From: a virus
Lineage: Duplodnaviria; Heunggongvirae; Uroviricota; Caudoviricetes
Length of the DNA: 64,000 bases
IMG/VR virus record: IMGVR_UViG_2880395615_000008
Direction: 5' to 3' (one strand)
Made by a program: the position numbers and the translations under genes. The notes under the pieces were generated by a model. That model did no database searches. It worked only from the letters and a program-made list of their open reading frames with translations, and was not told the origin of the DNA. Below are positions 1 through 13,681 of the stretch, piece by piece. The stretch's first letter is position 1. The number at the start of each line of letters is the position of its first letter.

Positions 1-1584
<1,584 letters not shown>

Positions 1585-1589
1585 GGCTT

Positions 1590-1964
1590 ATGGCAAAAGA
1601 TCTGAAAACACTGGCGCTGGCCAGACTGTCGGGGTTCCGTCATAAAACGGTGAAGGTGCCAGAATGGAGAAATGTCAGCGTGGTGCTGCGGGAGCCTTCG
1701 GCAGAGGCCTGGTATCTGTGGCAGGAAGTGCTCAATGGTGATGGAGAGGATGACGATACCCTGTCGGTGGTGGCGAAAACCCGCCGTAACCTGGAAGCGG
1801 ATGTGACGCTGTTCTGCGATGTCCTGTGTGATATTGACCTGCAACGGGTGTTCACTCCGGACGACCGTGAGCAGGTGCTGGCCGTCTATGGTCCGGTACA
1901 TGCCCGGTTGCTGCGTCAGGCACTGGAACTGATCGCTGATGCAGAGTCGGCCAGAAAAAAGTAG
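1590..1964 (+). CDS. Tail assembly chaperone (lambda G analogue)
   Basis: 124 aa; sits between major tail and tape measure genes; ends with slippery A_AAA_AAG immediately before stop. Confidence 0.75.
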   Translation: MAKDLKTLALARLSGFRHKTVKVPEWRNVSVVLREPSAEAWYLWQEVLNGDGEDDDTLSVVAKTRRNLEADVTLFCDVLCDIDLQRVFTPDDREQVLAVYGPVHARLLRQALELIADAESARKK

Positions 1965-2269
1965 CCCGCCCGGAAATTCGCTTTCTGATGCGACTTGCGC
2001 TCCGTCTGGGGCGCACCTTATCCGAACTGCGGCACAGCCTGAGTGCGAGCGAGGCGATGATGTGGATGGAGTTTGACAGGGTGTCCCCGCTGGGTGATGA
2101 GCGCGGGGATATCCGTAATGCACAGATCGTGAAAGCGGTTTTCGGGGCACAGGGGATGAATGTTGCACTGAAGGACGCCATGCTCTGCTGGGGCGAGGAT
2201 GAGGATAAGCCGGAGGTGGATCCGTTTGCGGCGCTGGAAGACGCGCTGAGCCTTGCAGCAATGTCATAA
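1955..2269 (+). CDS. T segment of tail assembly chaperone GT fusion, reached by -1 programmed ribosomal frameshift
   Basis: Slippery heptamer AAAAAAG at 1955-1961; -1 frame continues KKVARPEIRFLMRLALRLG... = ORF 1988..2269. Confidence 0.7.
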   Translation, partial: KKVARPEIRFLMRLALRLGRTLSELRHSLSASEAMMWMEFDRVSPLGDERGDIRNAQIVKAVFGAQGMNVALKDAMLCWGEDEDKPEVDPFAALEDALSLAAMS

Positions 2270-2320
2270 ATAATGATGAAAACCTGCTGTGGCAGGTTTT
2301 TTTTGCCCGGAGAAAGGTGA

Positions 2321-5300
2321 ATGGCGACGTTACGTGAACTGATTATCAAAATTTCGGCAAATTCACAGTCATTCCAGTCGGAGATCCAGCGGGCGTCCCG
2401 TATGGGCAGTGAATATTACCGGACCCTGCAGAATGGCGGGCGTCAGGCCGCTGCGGCAGCCCGGGAGCAGCGACGTGCCCTGGCAGAACTGAACAGCCAG
2501 TTGACGGAAATTCGCGGTTCTGCTGTCGGAATGGCTGGCGCATTTGCCGGTGCCTTTGCCACCGGACACCTGATTTCACTGGCTGATGAGTGGAGTTCCG
2601 TGAATGCCCGTCTGAAACAGGCGTCGCAGTCATCTGATGAATTTTCGTCATCACAGAAAGTGCTGATGGATATCAGCCAGCGGACAGGCACGGCATTTTC
2701 GGATAATGCGGCCCTGTTTGCCCGTTCGGCTGCCTCGATGCGTGAATATGGTTACAGTGCCGGTGATGTACTGAAGGTGACGGAGGCCATTTCGACAGGG
2801 CTGAAAATATCCGGTGCCAGTACGGCAGAGGCGGGCTCGGTGATCACCCAGTTCAGCCAGGCGCTGGCACAGGGTGTGTTACGGGGTGAGGAATTTAATT
2901 CGGTCAATGAAAGCGGAGACCGGATCATACGTGCACTGGCTGCGGGTATGGGCGTGGCCCGTAAAGACCTTAAGGCGATGGCGGACGACGGCAAACTGAC
3001 GGCGGATAAAGTCGTTCCTGCGTTAATCAGCCAGCTGGGGGTATTGCGTGATGAATATGCCGCCATGCCGGAAACGGTCTCTGACGGGATCACAAAGGTG
3101 GAAAACGCCTTTATGGCCTGGGTGGGTGGCGCGAATGAAGCCAGCGGAGCGACGAAAACGCTCTCCGGCGTGCTGAACGGTGTTGCCGGACAGATTGATA
3201 ATGTGGCAACAGCCGCGGGGGCGCTGGTTGCCGTCGGGGTGGCCCGGTACTTTGGCAATATGGCCGCAGGCGTGGGAAAGGTCACCACAGAGCTGATCGC
3301 GGCGAAGTCCGGGACGGTTGCCCTTGCAGCCGCACAGGCAGATGCGGCTGTTCAGGTGCAGCGTAAGGCGGCAGCTGACGCGCTGGCGGCAGAACGTGCC
3401 TGGCAACTGGCACAGGCTGAACTTGCACTGGCCAGAAATAGCAGTGCAGAGGCGCTGGCCACACAGAATGCCGTCGCAAAACGCCGGGCCATGATTGTGG
3501 CCAATGCCGCACTGGTACAGTCGAATCAGGCGGTGGCGGCCTCGAGGAAGGCGCTGGAGAATGCCACGTCGGTTACGGGAATGCTGAAAAGTGGCGCGGC
3601 ATCCCTGCTTTCGCTTGTCGGCGGGATATCCGGTTTACTGATGCTGGGAGCCGGTGCCTGGTACACGGTGTACCAGAATCAGGAACAGGCCAGGGAGTCC
3701 GCCCGTCAGTATGCATCGACGATTGATGAAATCCGGGCAAAGGTACCGGGAATGACCCTTCCGGAACTGGCTGATAATGAGGGTAAAACTCGCGAGGCAC
3801 TGGAAGAGCAGAATCGTCTGATTGCTGAGCAGGAAAGTAAAGTCCGGGGACTGAAAACACAGATTGCTGACTATCAGCGCTGGCTGCAGGAAAATCCACA
3901 GGGTGGTTCAGGTGTGGAGATTATAACCCATGGCCTTGCGGAGGCAACTGGCAAACTGGCGGTTGAACAGTCACGACTGACACAGATGCAGGAAAAGGCG
4001 AAGTCTGTACAGGAAGCTCTGGCGTCACTGGAATACAACCGTGTGGCGAGGATACGCGAGGAGGCAGCAGAGCAGAACAGAGCATACCAGGCATTGCTGC
4101 AGATGAATGTTCAGCATACGGAATTTAACCGTCTGCTGGGGCTGGGGAATGAACTGCTTCAGCAGCGGCAGGGACTGGTGAATGTGCCGTTACGGCTGCC
4201 ACAGGCCACCCTGGATGATAAACAGCAGAGTGCCCTGACAAAAACAGAGCGTGAGCTGGCCCTGTCCAGACTGAAAGGGGAAGAAAAAGAGCGTGTCCGG
4301 CTGGGATATGCGGCGGATGACCTCGGTTTTGTGGGTGATCCGTATCAGGAGGCGAGACAACGTTATATCAGTAATGCCCTGGAAGCCTGGCGCAATAACG
4401 AGGCGAATAAACCCAAATCCCGGGGTGGAAAATCAGAGACGGAAAAAGCGGAAGACAGTTTTTCCCGGCTGCTGAAGCAGCAGAAAGAGCAACTGGCACT
4501 GGCGGGTCAGTATACAGAGCTGGCGAAGCTGAAGTACCAGACTGCGCAGGGCGAACTGAAAACCCTGACGGAGATGCAGAAGCAGGAACTGCTGCGTAAC
4601 GCGACCCTGATTGACCAGCAAAAAATCCGGGAACAGTTGCGATCCCGGGAAGAGACACTGAAGAATGAGAATGCGGCTGCGCGTGCGTCGAATGATGCTG
4701 AACTGCTGGGGTACGGGCAGGGGGAACGAGCCAGAGAACGCATGCGGGAGTTGCAGCAGATCCGCGACAGCTTCCGCCAGAAGGATGCGGACCTTCAGTC
4801 TCAGTATCAGACCGGGGATAACAGTGAGGATTTTTACAGACAGGCGCTGGCGCAGAATGCACAGTATCTGAGTGAACGTCTGAAAGAGCAGGAAGCCTTT
4901 TATGCCGAATCGGATGTGCAGCGTGCGGACTGGCAGAAAGGGCTGCAGGAGGGATTCAGTAACTGGGTGGATAATGCGTCCGATTACGCCTCACAGGCAG
5001 CACAGCTTGCGACGGAGGGTATCTCAGGGATGGTGAATAACATCACGGAGATGCTGAACGGAAATAAAGTGGAATGGCGCAGCTGGGCCTCATCAGTGCT
5101 GCAGGAAATATCAAAAGTTCTTATGAATGCCGCGATTGTCAACGGGATCAAGACGGCGGCAAACGGTATGTCCGGTGCAGGAGGATTTCTTGGCAGCATT
5201 GGTGACTGGCTGGGCGGTGCGGTGGTCAATGCAAAAGGCGGCGTGTATACCTCGGCAAACCTGAGCGCGTACAGCAACAGCATTGTGGACACGCCCACGT

Positions 5301-5587
5301 ACTTTGCGTTTGCAAAAGGGGCCGGGCTGATGGGGGAAGCCGGACCTGAAGCCATTATGCCCCTGACCCGGGCGGCGGATGGCTCGCTGGGCGTACGCGC
5401 CGTGGGCAGTATGAACGGCAGTGCTGGTCTGGTGTATTCCCCGGTCTACCACATCGCCATTCAGAATGACGGGGCTAACGGACAGATAGGGCCGGAGGCG
5501 GCAGGCAGTCTTGTGCAGCTGATTGACCAGCGGGTGCAGGCGGTGATGCTGTCCATGCGACGTGACGGAGGAATGCTGAGTGGCTGA
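2321..5587 (+). CDS. Tail tape measure protein (1088 aa)
   Basis: Long Ala/Gln-rich coiled-coil ORF after G/GT; C-terminus resembles lambda H C-terminus (...QNDGANGQIGPEAAG...GGMLSG). Confidence 0.9.
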   Translation: MATLRELIIKISANSQSFQSEIQRASRMGSEYYRTLQNGGRQAAAAAREQRRALAELNSQLTEIRGSAVGMAGAFAGAFATGHLISLADEWSSVNARLKQASQSSDEFSSSQKVLMDISQRTGTAFSDNAALFARSAASMREYGYSAGDVLKVTEAISTGLKISGASTAEAGSVITQFSQALAQGVLRGEEFNSVNESGDRIIRALAAGMGVARKDLKAMADDGKLTADKVVPALISQLGVLRDEYAAMPETVSDGITKVENAFMAWVGGANEASGATKTLSGVLNGVAGQIDNVATAAGALVAVGVARYFGNMAAGVGKVTTELIAAKSGTVALAAAQADAAVQVQRKAAADALAAERAWQLAQAELALARNSSAEALATQNAVAKRRAMIVANAALVQSNQAVAASRKALENATSVTGMLKSGAASLLSLVGGISGLLMLGAGAWYTVYQNQEQARESARQYASTIDEIRAKVPGMTLPELADNEGKTREALEEQNRLIAEQESKVRGLKTQIADYQRWLQENPQGGSGVEIITHGLAEATGKLAVEQSRLTQMQEKAKSVQEALASLEYNRVARIREEAAEQNRAYQALLQMNVQHTEFNRLLGLGNELLQQRQGLVNVPLRLPQATLDDKQQSALTKTERELALSRLKGEEKERVRLGYAADDLGFVGDPYQEARQRYISNALEAWRNNEANKPKSRGGKSETEKAEDSFSRLLKQQKEQLALAGQYTELAKLKYQTAQGELKTLTEMQKQELLRNATLIDQQKIREQLRSREETLKNENAAARASNDAELLGYGQGERARERMRELQQIRDSFRQKDADLQSQYQTGDNSEDFYRQALAQNAQYLSERLKEQEAFYAESDVQRADWQKGLQEGFSNWVDNASDYASQAAQLATEGISGMVNNITEMLNGNKVEWRSWASSVLQEISKVLMNAAIVNGIKTAANGMSGAGGFLGSIGDWLGGAVVNAKGGVYTSANLSAYSNSIVDTPTYFAFAKGAGLMGEAGPEAIMPLTRAADGSLGVRAVGSMNGSAGLVYSPVYHIAIQNDGANGQIGPEAAGSLVQLIDQRVQAVMLSMRRDGGMLSG

Positions 5588-5921
5588 GATAAAAACGCTG
5601 CATCTGGTCCCGCGTGAAGGGATGCAGGTGAGTGAGAAGCCGTCGGTGGTGAGGGTGCGGTTTGGTGACGGTTATGAACAGCGCCGCCCCACAGGGCTGA
5701 ATCCTCAACTGAAGACGTTTCAGGCGGTGTTCCGGGTGACGGATGAGTCAACCCGGCGCTGGCTGGATGAATTTTTATCCTGGCATGGTGGTTACCGTGC
5801 CTTTTTGTGGCGACCGCCGAAACATAACCGGACGGTGAGGGTGGTGTGCCGGGAGTGGAGCGTCACGGATAACGCCCGGTACAGTGATTTCAGCTGTACG
5901 ATTGAGCAGGTGGTGAACTGA
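5580..5921 (+). CDS. Minor tail protein M
   Basis: 113 aa, overlaps tape measure stop; position and size as lambda M; ...FLWRPP... motif shared with second copy. Confidence 0.8.
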   Translation: MAEIKTLHLVPREGMQVSEKPSVVRVRFGDGYEQRRPTGLNPQLKTFQAVFRVTDESTRRWLDEFLSWHGGYRAFLWRPPKHNRTVRVVCREWSVTDNARYSDFSCTIEQVVN

Positions 5922-6619
5922 TGCAGAATATTCATGAAGAAAGCCTGAACGAGTCGGTTAAATCAGAGCAGTCACCGCGGGTGGTGCTCTGGGAAATTGA
6001 CCTGACGGTGCAGGGCGGTGAGCGGTATTTTTTCTGTAATGAGCTGAATGAAAAAGGGGAGCCGGTGACCTGGCAGGGGCGTGAATATCAGGCGTACCCG
6101 ATTGAGGGCAGCGGCTTTGAGATGAACGGAAAGGGCAGCAGTGCCCGCCCGTCGCTGACGGTGTCCAATCTTTTCGGCCTTGTCACCGGGATGGCGGAGG
6201 ATTTGCAGAGCCTGGTGGGGGCCACGGTGGTCCGCCGCCGGGTGTATGCCCGTTTTCTGGATGCGGTGAATTTTGTGGCAGGCAATCCTGAGGCAGACCC
6301 TGAGCAGGAGCTGACGGACCGGTGGGTGGTGGAGCAGATGTCATCGCTGACGGCCATGACGGCCTCGTTTGTGCTGGCGACACCGACGGAGACGGACGGG
6401 GCGCTGTTTCCCGGTCGCATCATGCTGGCGAACACCTGTATGTGGGATTACCGGGGCGATGAATGCGGGTATAACGGTCCGGCAGTGGCGGATGAGTTCG
6501 ACAACCCCACCACGGATATCCGGAAGGACAGATGCAGTAAATGCATGCGCGGGTGTGAGATGCGCGGCATGGCGGTCAATTTTGGCGGTTTCCTTTCCAT
6601 CAATAAACTTTCGCAGTAA
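5921..6619 (+). CDS. L: Minor tail protein L
   Basis: 232 aa, same length as lambda L; C-terminal cysteine cluster; about 98% identical to the copy at 57379..58077. Confidence 0.9.
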   Translation: MQNIHEESLNESVKSEQSPRVVLWEIDLTVQGGERYFFCNELNEKGEPVTWQGREYQAYPIEGSGFEMNGKGSSARPSLTVSNLFGLVTGMAEDLQSLVGATVVRRRVYARFLDAVNFVAGNPEADPEQELTDRWVVEQMSSLTAMTASFVLATPTETDGALFPGRIMLANTCMWDYRGDECGYNGPAVADEFDNPTTDIRKDRCSKCMRGCEMRGMAVNFGGFLSINKLSQ

Positions 6620-6629
6620 ATCCTGTTTT

Positions 6630-7373
6630 ATGACACAGACTGAATCAGCGATTCTGGCGCATGCCCGGCGGTGTGCGCCTGCGGAGTCGTGCGGCTTCGT
6701 GATAAGCACGCCGGAGGGGGAACGGTATATCCCTTGTGTGAATATCTCTGCAGAGCCGGAGGCGTATTTTCGTATCGCACCGGAAGACTGGCTGCGGGCA
6801 GAGATGCAGGGGGAGATTGTGGCACTGGTCCACAGTCATCCCGGTGGTCTGCCCTGGCTGAGCGAGGCCGACCGGCGGCTGCAGATAAAAAGTGCACTGT
6901 TCTGGTGGCTGGTCTGCCGGGGGGAAATTCATAAATTCCGCTGTGTGCCACATCTGACAGGACGGCGCTTTGAGCACGGGGTGACGGACTGTTACACGCT
7001 GTTCCGGGATGCCTACCATCTGGCGGGAATTGATATGCCGGATTTTGAGCGTGAGGATGACTGGTGGCGCAACGGTCAGAACCTTTACCTGGACAATATG
7101 GCGGTCACAGGCTTTTACCGGGTGCCCCTGTCCTCTGCACAGGCGGGCGATATCCTGCTGTGCTGCTTTGGCGCATCGGTGGCCAATCATGCCGCCATAT
7201 ACTGCGGCAACGGTGAGCTGCTTCACCATCTGCCTGAACAACTGAGTAAACGGGAGAGGTATTCCGAAAAATGGCAACGACGAACGCATTCAGCCTGGCG
7301 TCACCGCCACTGGCACGTATCTGCCTTCACGGGGATTTACAACGATTTGGCCGCCGCCTCAGCCTGTATGTGA
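6630..7373 (+). CDS. K: Tail assembly protein K (NlpC/P60 + JAB/MPN-like)
   Basis: Starts MTQTESAILAHARRCAPAESCGF... at ATG 6630; frame stays open to 7373, overlapping I by 103 nt. Confidence 0.8.
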   Translation: MTQTESAILAHARRCAPAESCGFVISTPEGERYIPCVNISAEPEAYFRIAPEDWLRAEMQGEIVALVHSHPGGLPWLSEADRRLQIKSALFWWLVCRGEIHKFRCVPHLTGRRFEHGVTDCYTLFRDAYHLAGIDMPDFEREDDWWRNGQNLYLDNMAVTGFYRVPLSSAQAGDILLCCFGASVANHAAIYCGNGELLHHLPEQLSKRERYSEKWQRRTHSAWRHRHWHVSAFTGIYNDLAAASACM

Positions 7374-7948
7374 ACACGGCAGCGGAAGCCATCCGTGCCC
7401 TGTCGATGCAGATGCCGGGATTCCGCCGTCAGATGAACGAAGGCTGGTACCAGATACGTATTCGCGGTGAGGACACGGCACCGGAGGCGGTGTACGCCCG
7501 TCTTCACGAACAGCTGGGTGAGGGAACGGTCATCCACATTGTGCCGCGACTGGCCGGGGCCGGAAAGGGTGGACTGCAGATTGTGCTGGGGGCGGCAGCC
7601 ATCGTGGGCTCTTTCTTCACTGCCGGGGCATCAATGGCGTTATGGGGTTCAGCCCTGGCAGCCGGTGGTTTTTCTGCCACCACGATGCTGTTTTCACTGG
7701 GGGCCAGCATGATACTGGGTGGTGTGGCTCAGATGCTTGCCCCGAAGGCAAAAACACCGGATTACCGCGCAACGGATAACGGCAGACAGAACACGTACTT
7801 TTCCTCACTGGACAACATGATTGCTCAGGGGAACCCGATGCCGGTGCCTTACGGTGAAATGCTGGTTGGTTCACGACGGATATCCCAGGACATCAGCACC
7901 CGTGATGAAGGCGGAGACGGGAAAGTGGTGGTTATCGGGCGGGGATGA
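7271..7948 (+). CDS. I: Tail assembly protein I
   Basis: 225 aa; ...ARICLHGDLQRFGRR... and C-terminal ...VVVIGRG resemble lambda I. Confidence 0.85.
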   Translation: MATTNAFSLASPPLARICLHGDLQRFGRRLSLYVNTAAEAIRALSMQMPGFRRQMNEGWYQIRIRGEDTAPEAVYARLHEQLGEGTVIHIVPRLAGAGKGGLQIVLGAAAIVGSFFTAGASMALWGSALAAGGFSATTMLFSLGASMILGGVAQMLAPKAKTPDYRATDNGRQNTYFSSLDNMIAQGNPMPVPYGEMLVGSRRISQDISTRDEGGDGKVVVIGRG

Positions 7949-8188
7949 AAATAAAAAAATCCCGCAGAGTTAGCGGAGCTGCGGGAGAGAACGATGAAGA
8001 TTAACGTTATGGAGTTATTTTTCAGGCATCAAAAAAGTAATGCAGCGTCATTATTGCGGCTACAGGCAATTGCCGGAAATGTGAAGAGTTTCAGAAATTT
8101 TATTCCGTCATGACACAGGCACCCTCCGGGGTGCCTGTTGTTTTCTGGCATAAACAGATTCAGACATCAGACAGGAGAGGGGGACAGA

Positions 8189-11100
8189 GTGGGTAAAGGG
8201 GGCGGCAAGGGGCACACGCCGGTTGAGGCAAAGGACAATCTTAAGTCCACGCAGATGATGAGCGTGATTGACGCCATTGGTGAAGGGCCGATTGAAGGTC
8301 CGGTGAAGGGGCTGCAGAGTATCCTGGTGAACAAAACCCCGCTGACGGACACGGACGGTAATCCTGTGATACATGGTGTGACAGCGGTCTGGCGCGCCGG
8401 GGAGCAGGAGCAGACACCACCTGAAGGCTTTGAGTCCTCCGGGGCGGAAACCGCACTGGGCGTGGAAGTGACGAAGGCAAAGCCGGTGACGCGCACCATT
8501 ACGTCCGCGAACATTGACCGCCTGCGGGTCACCTTCGGGGTGCAGTCACTGTTGGAGACCACCTCAAAGGGCGACCGTAATCCCTCTTCTGTCCGACTGC
8601 TGATTCAGTTACAGCGTAACGGTAACTGGGTGACGGAAAAGGATGTCACCATTAACGGCAAGACCACCTCGCAGTTTCTGGCGTCGGTGATTCTGGATAA
8701 TCTGCCTCCCCGTCCTTTTAACATCCGGATGGTCCGGGAGACAGCGGACAGCACCCCGGACCAGCTGCAGAATAAGACGCTCTGGTCGTCATACACCGAA
8801 ATCATCGATGTGAAACAGTGCTACCCGAACACGGCGATTGTGGGGCTGCAGGTGGATGCGGAGCAGTTTGGCGGTCAGCAGATGACGGTGAACTACCATA
8901 TCCGCGGTCGCATCATCCAGGTACCGTCAAACTATGACCCGGAAAAACGCACGTACAGCGGCATCTGGGACGGCAGCCTGAAACCGGCATACAGCAACAA
9001 CCCGGCCTGGTGCCTGTGGGACATGCTGACTCACCCGCGCTACGGCATGGGAAAACGTCTGGTGGCGGCGGATGTTGACAAGTGGGCGCTGTATGCCATC
9101 GGGCAGTACTGCGACCAGACGGTCCCGGATGGTTTCGGGGGCACAGAGCCGCGGATGACCTTTAATGCGTACCTGTCACAACAGCGTAAGGCGTGGGACG
9201 TTCTCAGTGATTTCTGCTCGGCGATGCGCTGTATGCCGGTATGGAACGGCCAGACGCTGACGTTCGTTCAGGACCGCCCGTCGGATGTGGTGTGGCCGTA
9301 CACCAACTGCGATGTGGTGGTGGATGATAACGGCGTGGGGTTTCGCTACAGCTTCAGCGCCCTGAAGGACCGCCACACGGCGGTGGAGGTGAATTACACC
9401 GACCCGCAGAACGGCTGGCAGACCTCCACGGAACTGGTGGAAGACCCGGAAGCCATACTGCGCTACGGGCGCAACCTGCTGAAGATGGATGCGTTCGGTT
9501 GCACCAGTCGCGGTCAGGCCCACCGTGCCGGGCTGTGGGTGATAAAGACCGGACTGCTGGAAACGCAGACGGTGGATTTCACGCTCGGGTCACAGGGGCT
9601 GCGTCACACACCCGGTGACATTATTGAAATCTGTGATAACGACTATGCCGGGACCATGACCGGCGGACGTATCCTGTCCATCGATGCCGCCAGCCGCACC
9701 CTGACACTGGACCGTGAGGTGACCCTGCCGGAGACAGGTGCCGCCACGGTGAACCTGATTAACGGCAGCGGTAAGCCGGTGAGCGTGGCCATCACTGCAC
9801 ACCCCGCGCCGGACCGGATACAGGTCAGCACCCTGCCTGATGGTGTGGAGACATACGGTGTATGGGGACTCTCCCTGCCGTCACTGCGTCGTCGCCTGTT
9901 CCGCTGTGTTTCCATCCGGGAAAACACGGACGGTACCTTTGCCATCACGGCAGTGCAGCATGTGCCGGAGAAAGAAGCCATCGTGGATAACGGGGCCAGC
10001 TTTGAGCCGCAGTCAGGCACCCTGAACAGCGTTATCCCACCGGCAGTGCAGCACCTGACGGTGGAGGTGAGTGCAGCTGACAGCCAGTATCTGGCGCAGG
10101 CGAAATGGGACACGCCGCGGGTGGTGAAGGGCGTGCGCTTCAGTCTGCGCCTGACCAGTGGAAGCGGTCAGGACAGCCGTCTGGTGACCACCGCCATCAC
10201 TGCGGATACAGAGCATTGTTTCAGTGGTCTGCCGCTCGGGGAATACACCCTGACAGTCAGGGCAATTAACAGTTATGGCCAGCAGGGGGAACCGGCCACC
10301 ACCACGTTCAGGATTAATGCACCTGCGGTACCCGCCACGATTGAGCTGACACCGGGCTATTTTCAGATAACAGCGGTCCCGCGTCTTGCGGTGTATGACC
10401 CGACGGTACAGTTTGAGTTCTGGTTTTCGGAAACGCGGATTACCGATATCAGGCAGGTTGAAACCACAGCCCGCTACCTTGGCACGGGGCTGTACTGGAT
10501 AGCCGCCAGTATCAATATCAAACCGGGCCATGATTATTACTTTTATATCCGCAGTGTGAACACCGTTGGCAAATCGGCATTTGTGGAGGCTGTTGGCCAG
10601 CCGAGTGATGATGCATCCGGCTATCTGGATTTTTTCAAAGGAGAGATAGGGAAAACCCATCTGGCTCAGGAGTTGTGGACTCAGATTGATAACGGTCAGC
10701 TTGCGCCTGACCTGGCGGAAATCAGAACGTCCATCACGGATGTCAGTAATGAAATCACGCAGACCGTCAATAAGAAACTGGAAGACCAGAGTGCAGCGAT
10801 CCAGCAGATACAGAAGGTTCAGGTTGATACAAATAATAATCTGAACAGCATGTGGGCTGTGAAGCTGCAACAGATGAAGGACGGACGCCTTTATATTGCG
10901 GGTATCGGTGCCGGTATTGAGAATACGCCAGCAGGAATGCAGAGTCAGGTGCTGCTGGCGGCAGACAGGATTGCGATGATTAATCCTGCGAATGGCAACA
11001 CAAAGCCGATGTTTGTTGGTCAGGGCGATCAGATATTCATGAACGACGTGTTCCTGAAACGCCTGTTTGCGGTGAGTATCACGTCATCCGGCAACCCCCC

Positions 11101-11665
11101 GACGTTTTCCCTGACGCCGGAAGGGAAGCTGACAGCCAGGAACGCGGATATCAGCGGAGCAATTACCGCGAATACCGGCACGCTCAATAATGTCACCATT
11201 AACGAGAACTGTGTCATCAGAGGGAAACTGTCTGCAAACCAGATTGAAGGCGACCTGGTGAAGACGGTGGGGAAAGCCTTTCCCCGGAATAACAGTTATG
11301 CCAGCGGGACGGTAACCGTCACAGTTTACGATGACCAGGGCTTCGACCGGCAGATCATCATTCCCCCGGTGCTGTTTCGCGGGACGAAACACCAGAATTT
11401 CAACAGCCCGAATCAGCAGTCGTACTGGTATTCCACCTGTAAGCTGCAGGTGCTGAAGAACGGGGTTGAGATTTTCCATGAACCGGCAACGGATGTCAGC
11501 CGGGTGTTCTCATCGGTGATAGATATGCCGGCAGGGCGGGGTCATGTCACCCTGACGTTTAATGTGTCGTCGGCCGGTGCGAACAACTGGACGCCGACAA
11601 CGTACATCAGTGATTTACTGGTTGTGGTCATGAAAAAATCCACAGCAGGGATCAGTATCAGCTGA
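8189..11665 (+). CDS. J: Tail tip / host specificity protein J
   Basis: GTG start at 8189 ([22 protein letters not shown]... matches lambda J N-terminus MGKGSSKGHTP...); RBS AGGAGAGGGGGA upstream; about 1158 aa. Confidence 0.95.
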   Translation: MGKGGGKGHTPVEAKDNLKSTQMMSVIDAIGEGPIEGPVKGLQSILVNKTPLTDTDGNPVIHGVTAVWRAGEQEQTPPEGFESSGAETALGVEVTKAKPVTRTITSANIDRLRVTFGVQSLLETTSKGDRNPSSVRLLIQLQRNGNWVTEKDVTINGKTTSQFLASVILDNLPPRPFNIRMVRETADSTPDQLQNKTLWSSYTEIIDVKQCYPNTAIVGLQVDAEQFGGQQMTVNYHIRGRIIQVPSNYDPEKRTYSGIWDGSLKPAYSNNPAWCLWDMLTHPRYGMGKRLVAADVDKWALYAIGQYCDQTVPDGFGGTEPRMTFNAYLSQQRKAWDVLSDFCSAMRCMPVWNGQTLTFVQDRPSDVVWPYTNCDVVVDDNGVGFRYSFSALKDRHTAVEVNYTDPQNGWQTSTELVEDPEAILRYGRNLLKMDAFGCTSRGQAHRAGLWVIKTGLLETQTVDFTLGSQGLRHTPGDIIEICDNDYAGTMTGGRILSIDAASRTLTLDREVTLPETGAATVNLINGSGKPVSVAITAHPAPDRIQVSTLPDGVETYGVWGLSLPSLRRRLFRCVSIRENTDGTFAITAVQHVPEKEAIVDNGASFEPQSGTLNSVIPPAVQHLTVEVSAADSQYLAQAKWDTPRVVKGVRFSLRLTSGSGQDSRLVTTAITADTEHCFSGLPLGEYTLTVRAINSYGQQGEPATTTFRINAPAVPATIELTPGYFQITAVPRLAVYDPTVQFEFWFSETRITDIRQVETTARYLGTGLYWIAASINIKPGHDYYFYIRSVNTVGKSAFVEAVGQPSDDASGYLDFFKGEIGKTHLAQELWTQIDNGQLAPDLAEIRTSITDVSNEITQTVNKKLEDQSAAIQQIQKVQVDTNNNLNSMWAVKLQQMKDGRLYIAGIGAGIENTPAGMQSQVLLAADRIAMINPANGNTKPMFVGQGDQIFMNDVFLKRLFAVSITSSGNPPTFSLTPEGKLTARNADISGAITANTGTLNNVTINENCVIRGKLSANQIEGDLVKTVGKAFPRNNSYASGTVTVTVYDDQGFDRQIIIPPVLFRGTKHQNFNSPNQQSYWYSTCKLQVLKNGVEIFHEPATDVSRVFSSVIDMPAGRGHVTLTFNVSSAGANNWTPTTYISDLLVVVMKKSTAGISIS

Positions 11666-11674
11666 CGGTTTATT

Positions 11675-11710
11675 AACCCGGACGGGCACCTCAGGAGGTG
11701 CCTTTTTTAT
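11675..11710 (+). terminator. Rho-independent terminator after J
   Basis: GGCACC-TCAGGA-GGTGCC hairpin followed by TTTTTT. Confidence 0.6.
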
Positions 11711-11738
11711 TGACTGAAAACGAGAGGTCATCATGCGA

Positions 11739-13064
<1,326 letters not shown>

Positions 13065-13681
13065 TGAAAGCGGACACGGTGCATTTTCCGTGGGATATGC
13101 TCAGGTTCACCCGGGCGGCGTACCGGCATTGTCCGGTACCGGTGCGCGTGCAGGTGATTTAAAAGGGATTAATGTGAAATACCGTTATGAGTTCACGGAT
13201 CACCTGGGCGGCATTGTCGCGCTGAGTTATGCATCGGTGAAGAAAAGTGACACGATGAAGACGGGTGAAAATACCTTCCATTATGAAAGCCTGCGCGGTC
13301 GTTATGTCAGTCTGATGGCCGGCCCTGTCTGGCAGCTCAGTGAGCGGGTCAGTCTCTATGGCATGGCCGGGATGGCGTACACCCGCTGGTCTGACAGTGT
13401 TCAGGATTACCGGCGTGATGAAGTGAAACCGGGGTATGTGAAGGAGACCACCACCGCCAGTGATGGTCATACTGCGCGTCATCTGTCGCCGGCCTGGAAT
13501 GCCGGGATTCAGTTCAGTCCCGTAGAGACGGTGGTTATTGACCTTGCTTATGAAGGCTCCGGCAGTGGCGACTGGCGCACTGACGGTTTCATCGTGGGTG
13601 TCGGTTATAAGTTCTGATTAGCCAGGTAACACAGTGTTATGACAGCCCGCCGGTTCAGGCGGGCTTTTTTGTGGGGTGAAT

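Larger units (their letters stand above)
5921..10300 (+). repeat. Long direct repeat, copy 1: L-K-I-J 5' portion, near-identical to 57379-61760
   Basis: Proteins L, K, I and the first about 700 aa of J are almost identical between the two tail modules; boundaries approximate. Confidence 0.8.

Noticed and set aside
6645-7289. 214-aa minus-strand ORF antisense to K/I (and 58103..58774)
   Set aside because: Overlaps well-supported K and I genes on the other strand; no independent support.
8108-8374. 88-aa minus-strand ORF across the J start (and 59566..59832)
   Set aside because: Antisense to J start and its RBS; the minus-oriented hairpin at about 7961-7985 is more plausibly a structural element than a gene terminator.
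10013-10870. 285-aa minus-strand ORF inside J (similar one at 61471..62328)
   Set aside because: Entirely antisense to a strongly supported J coding region; composition typical of shadow ORFs.
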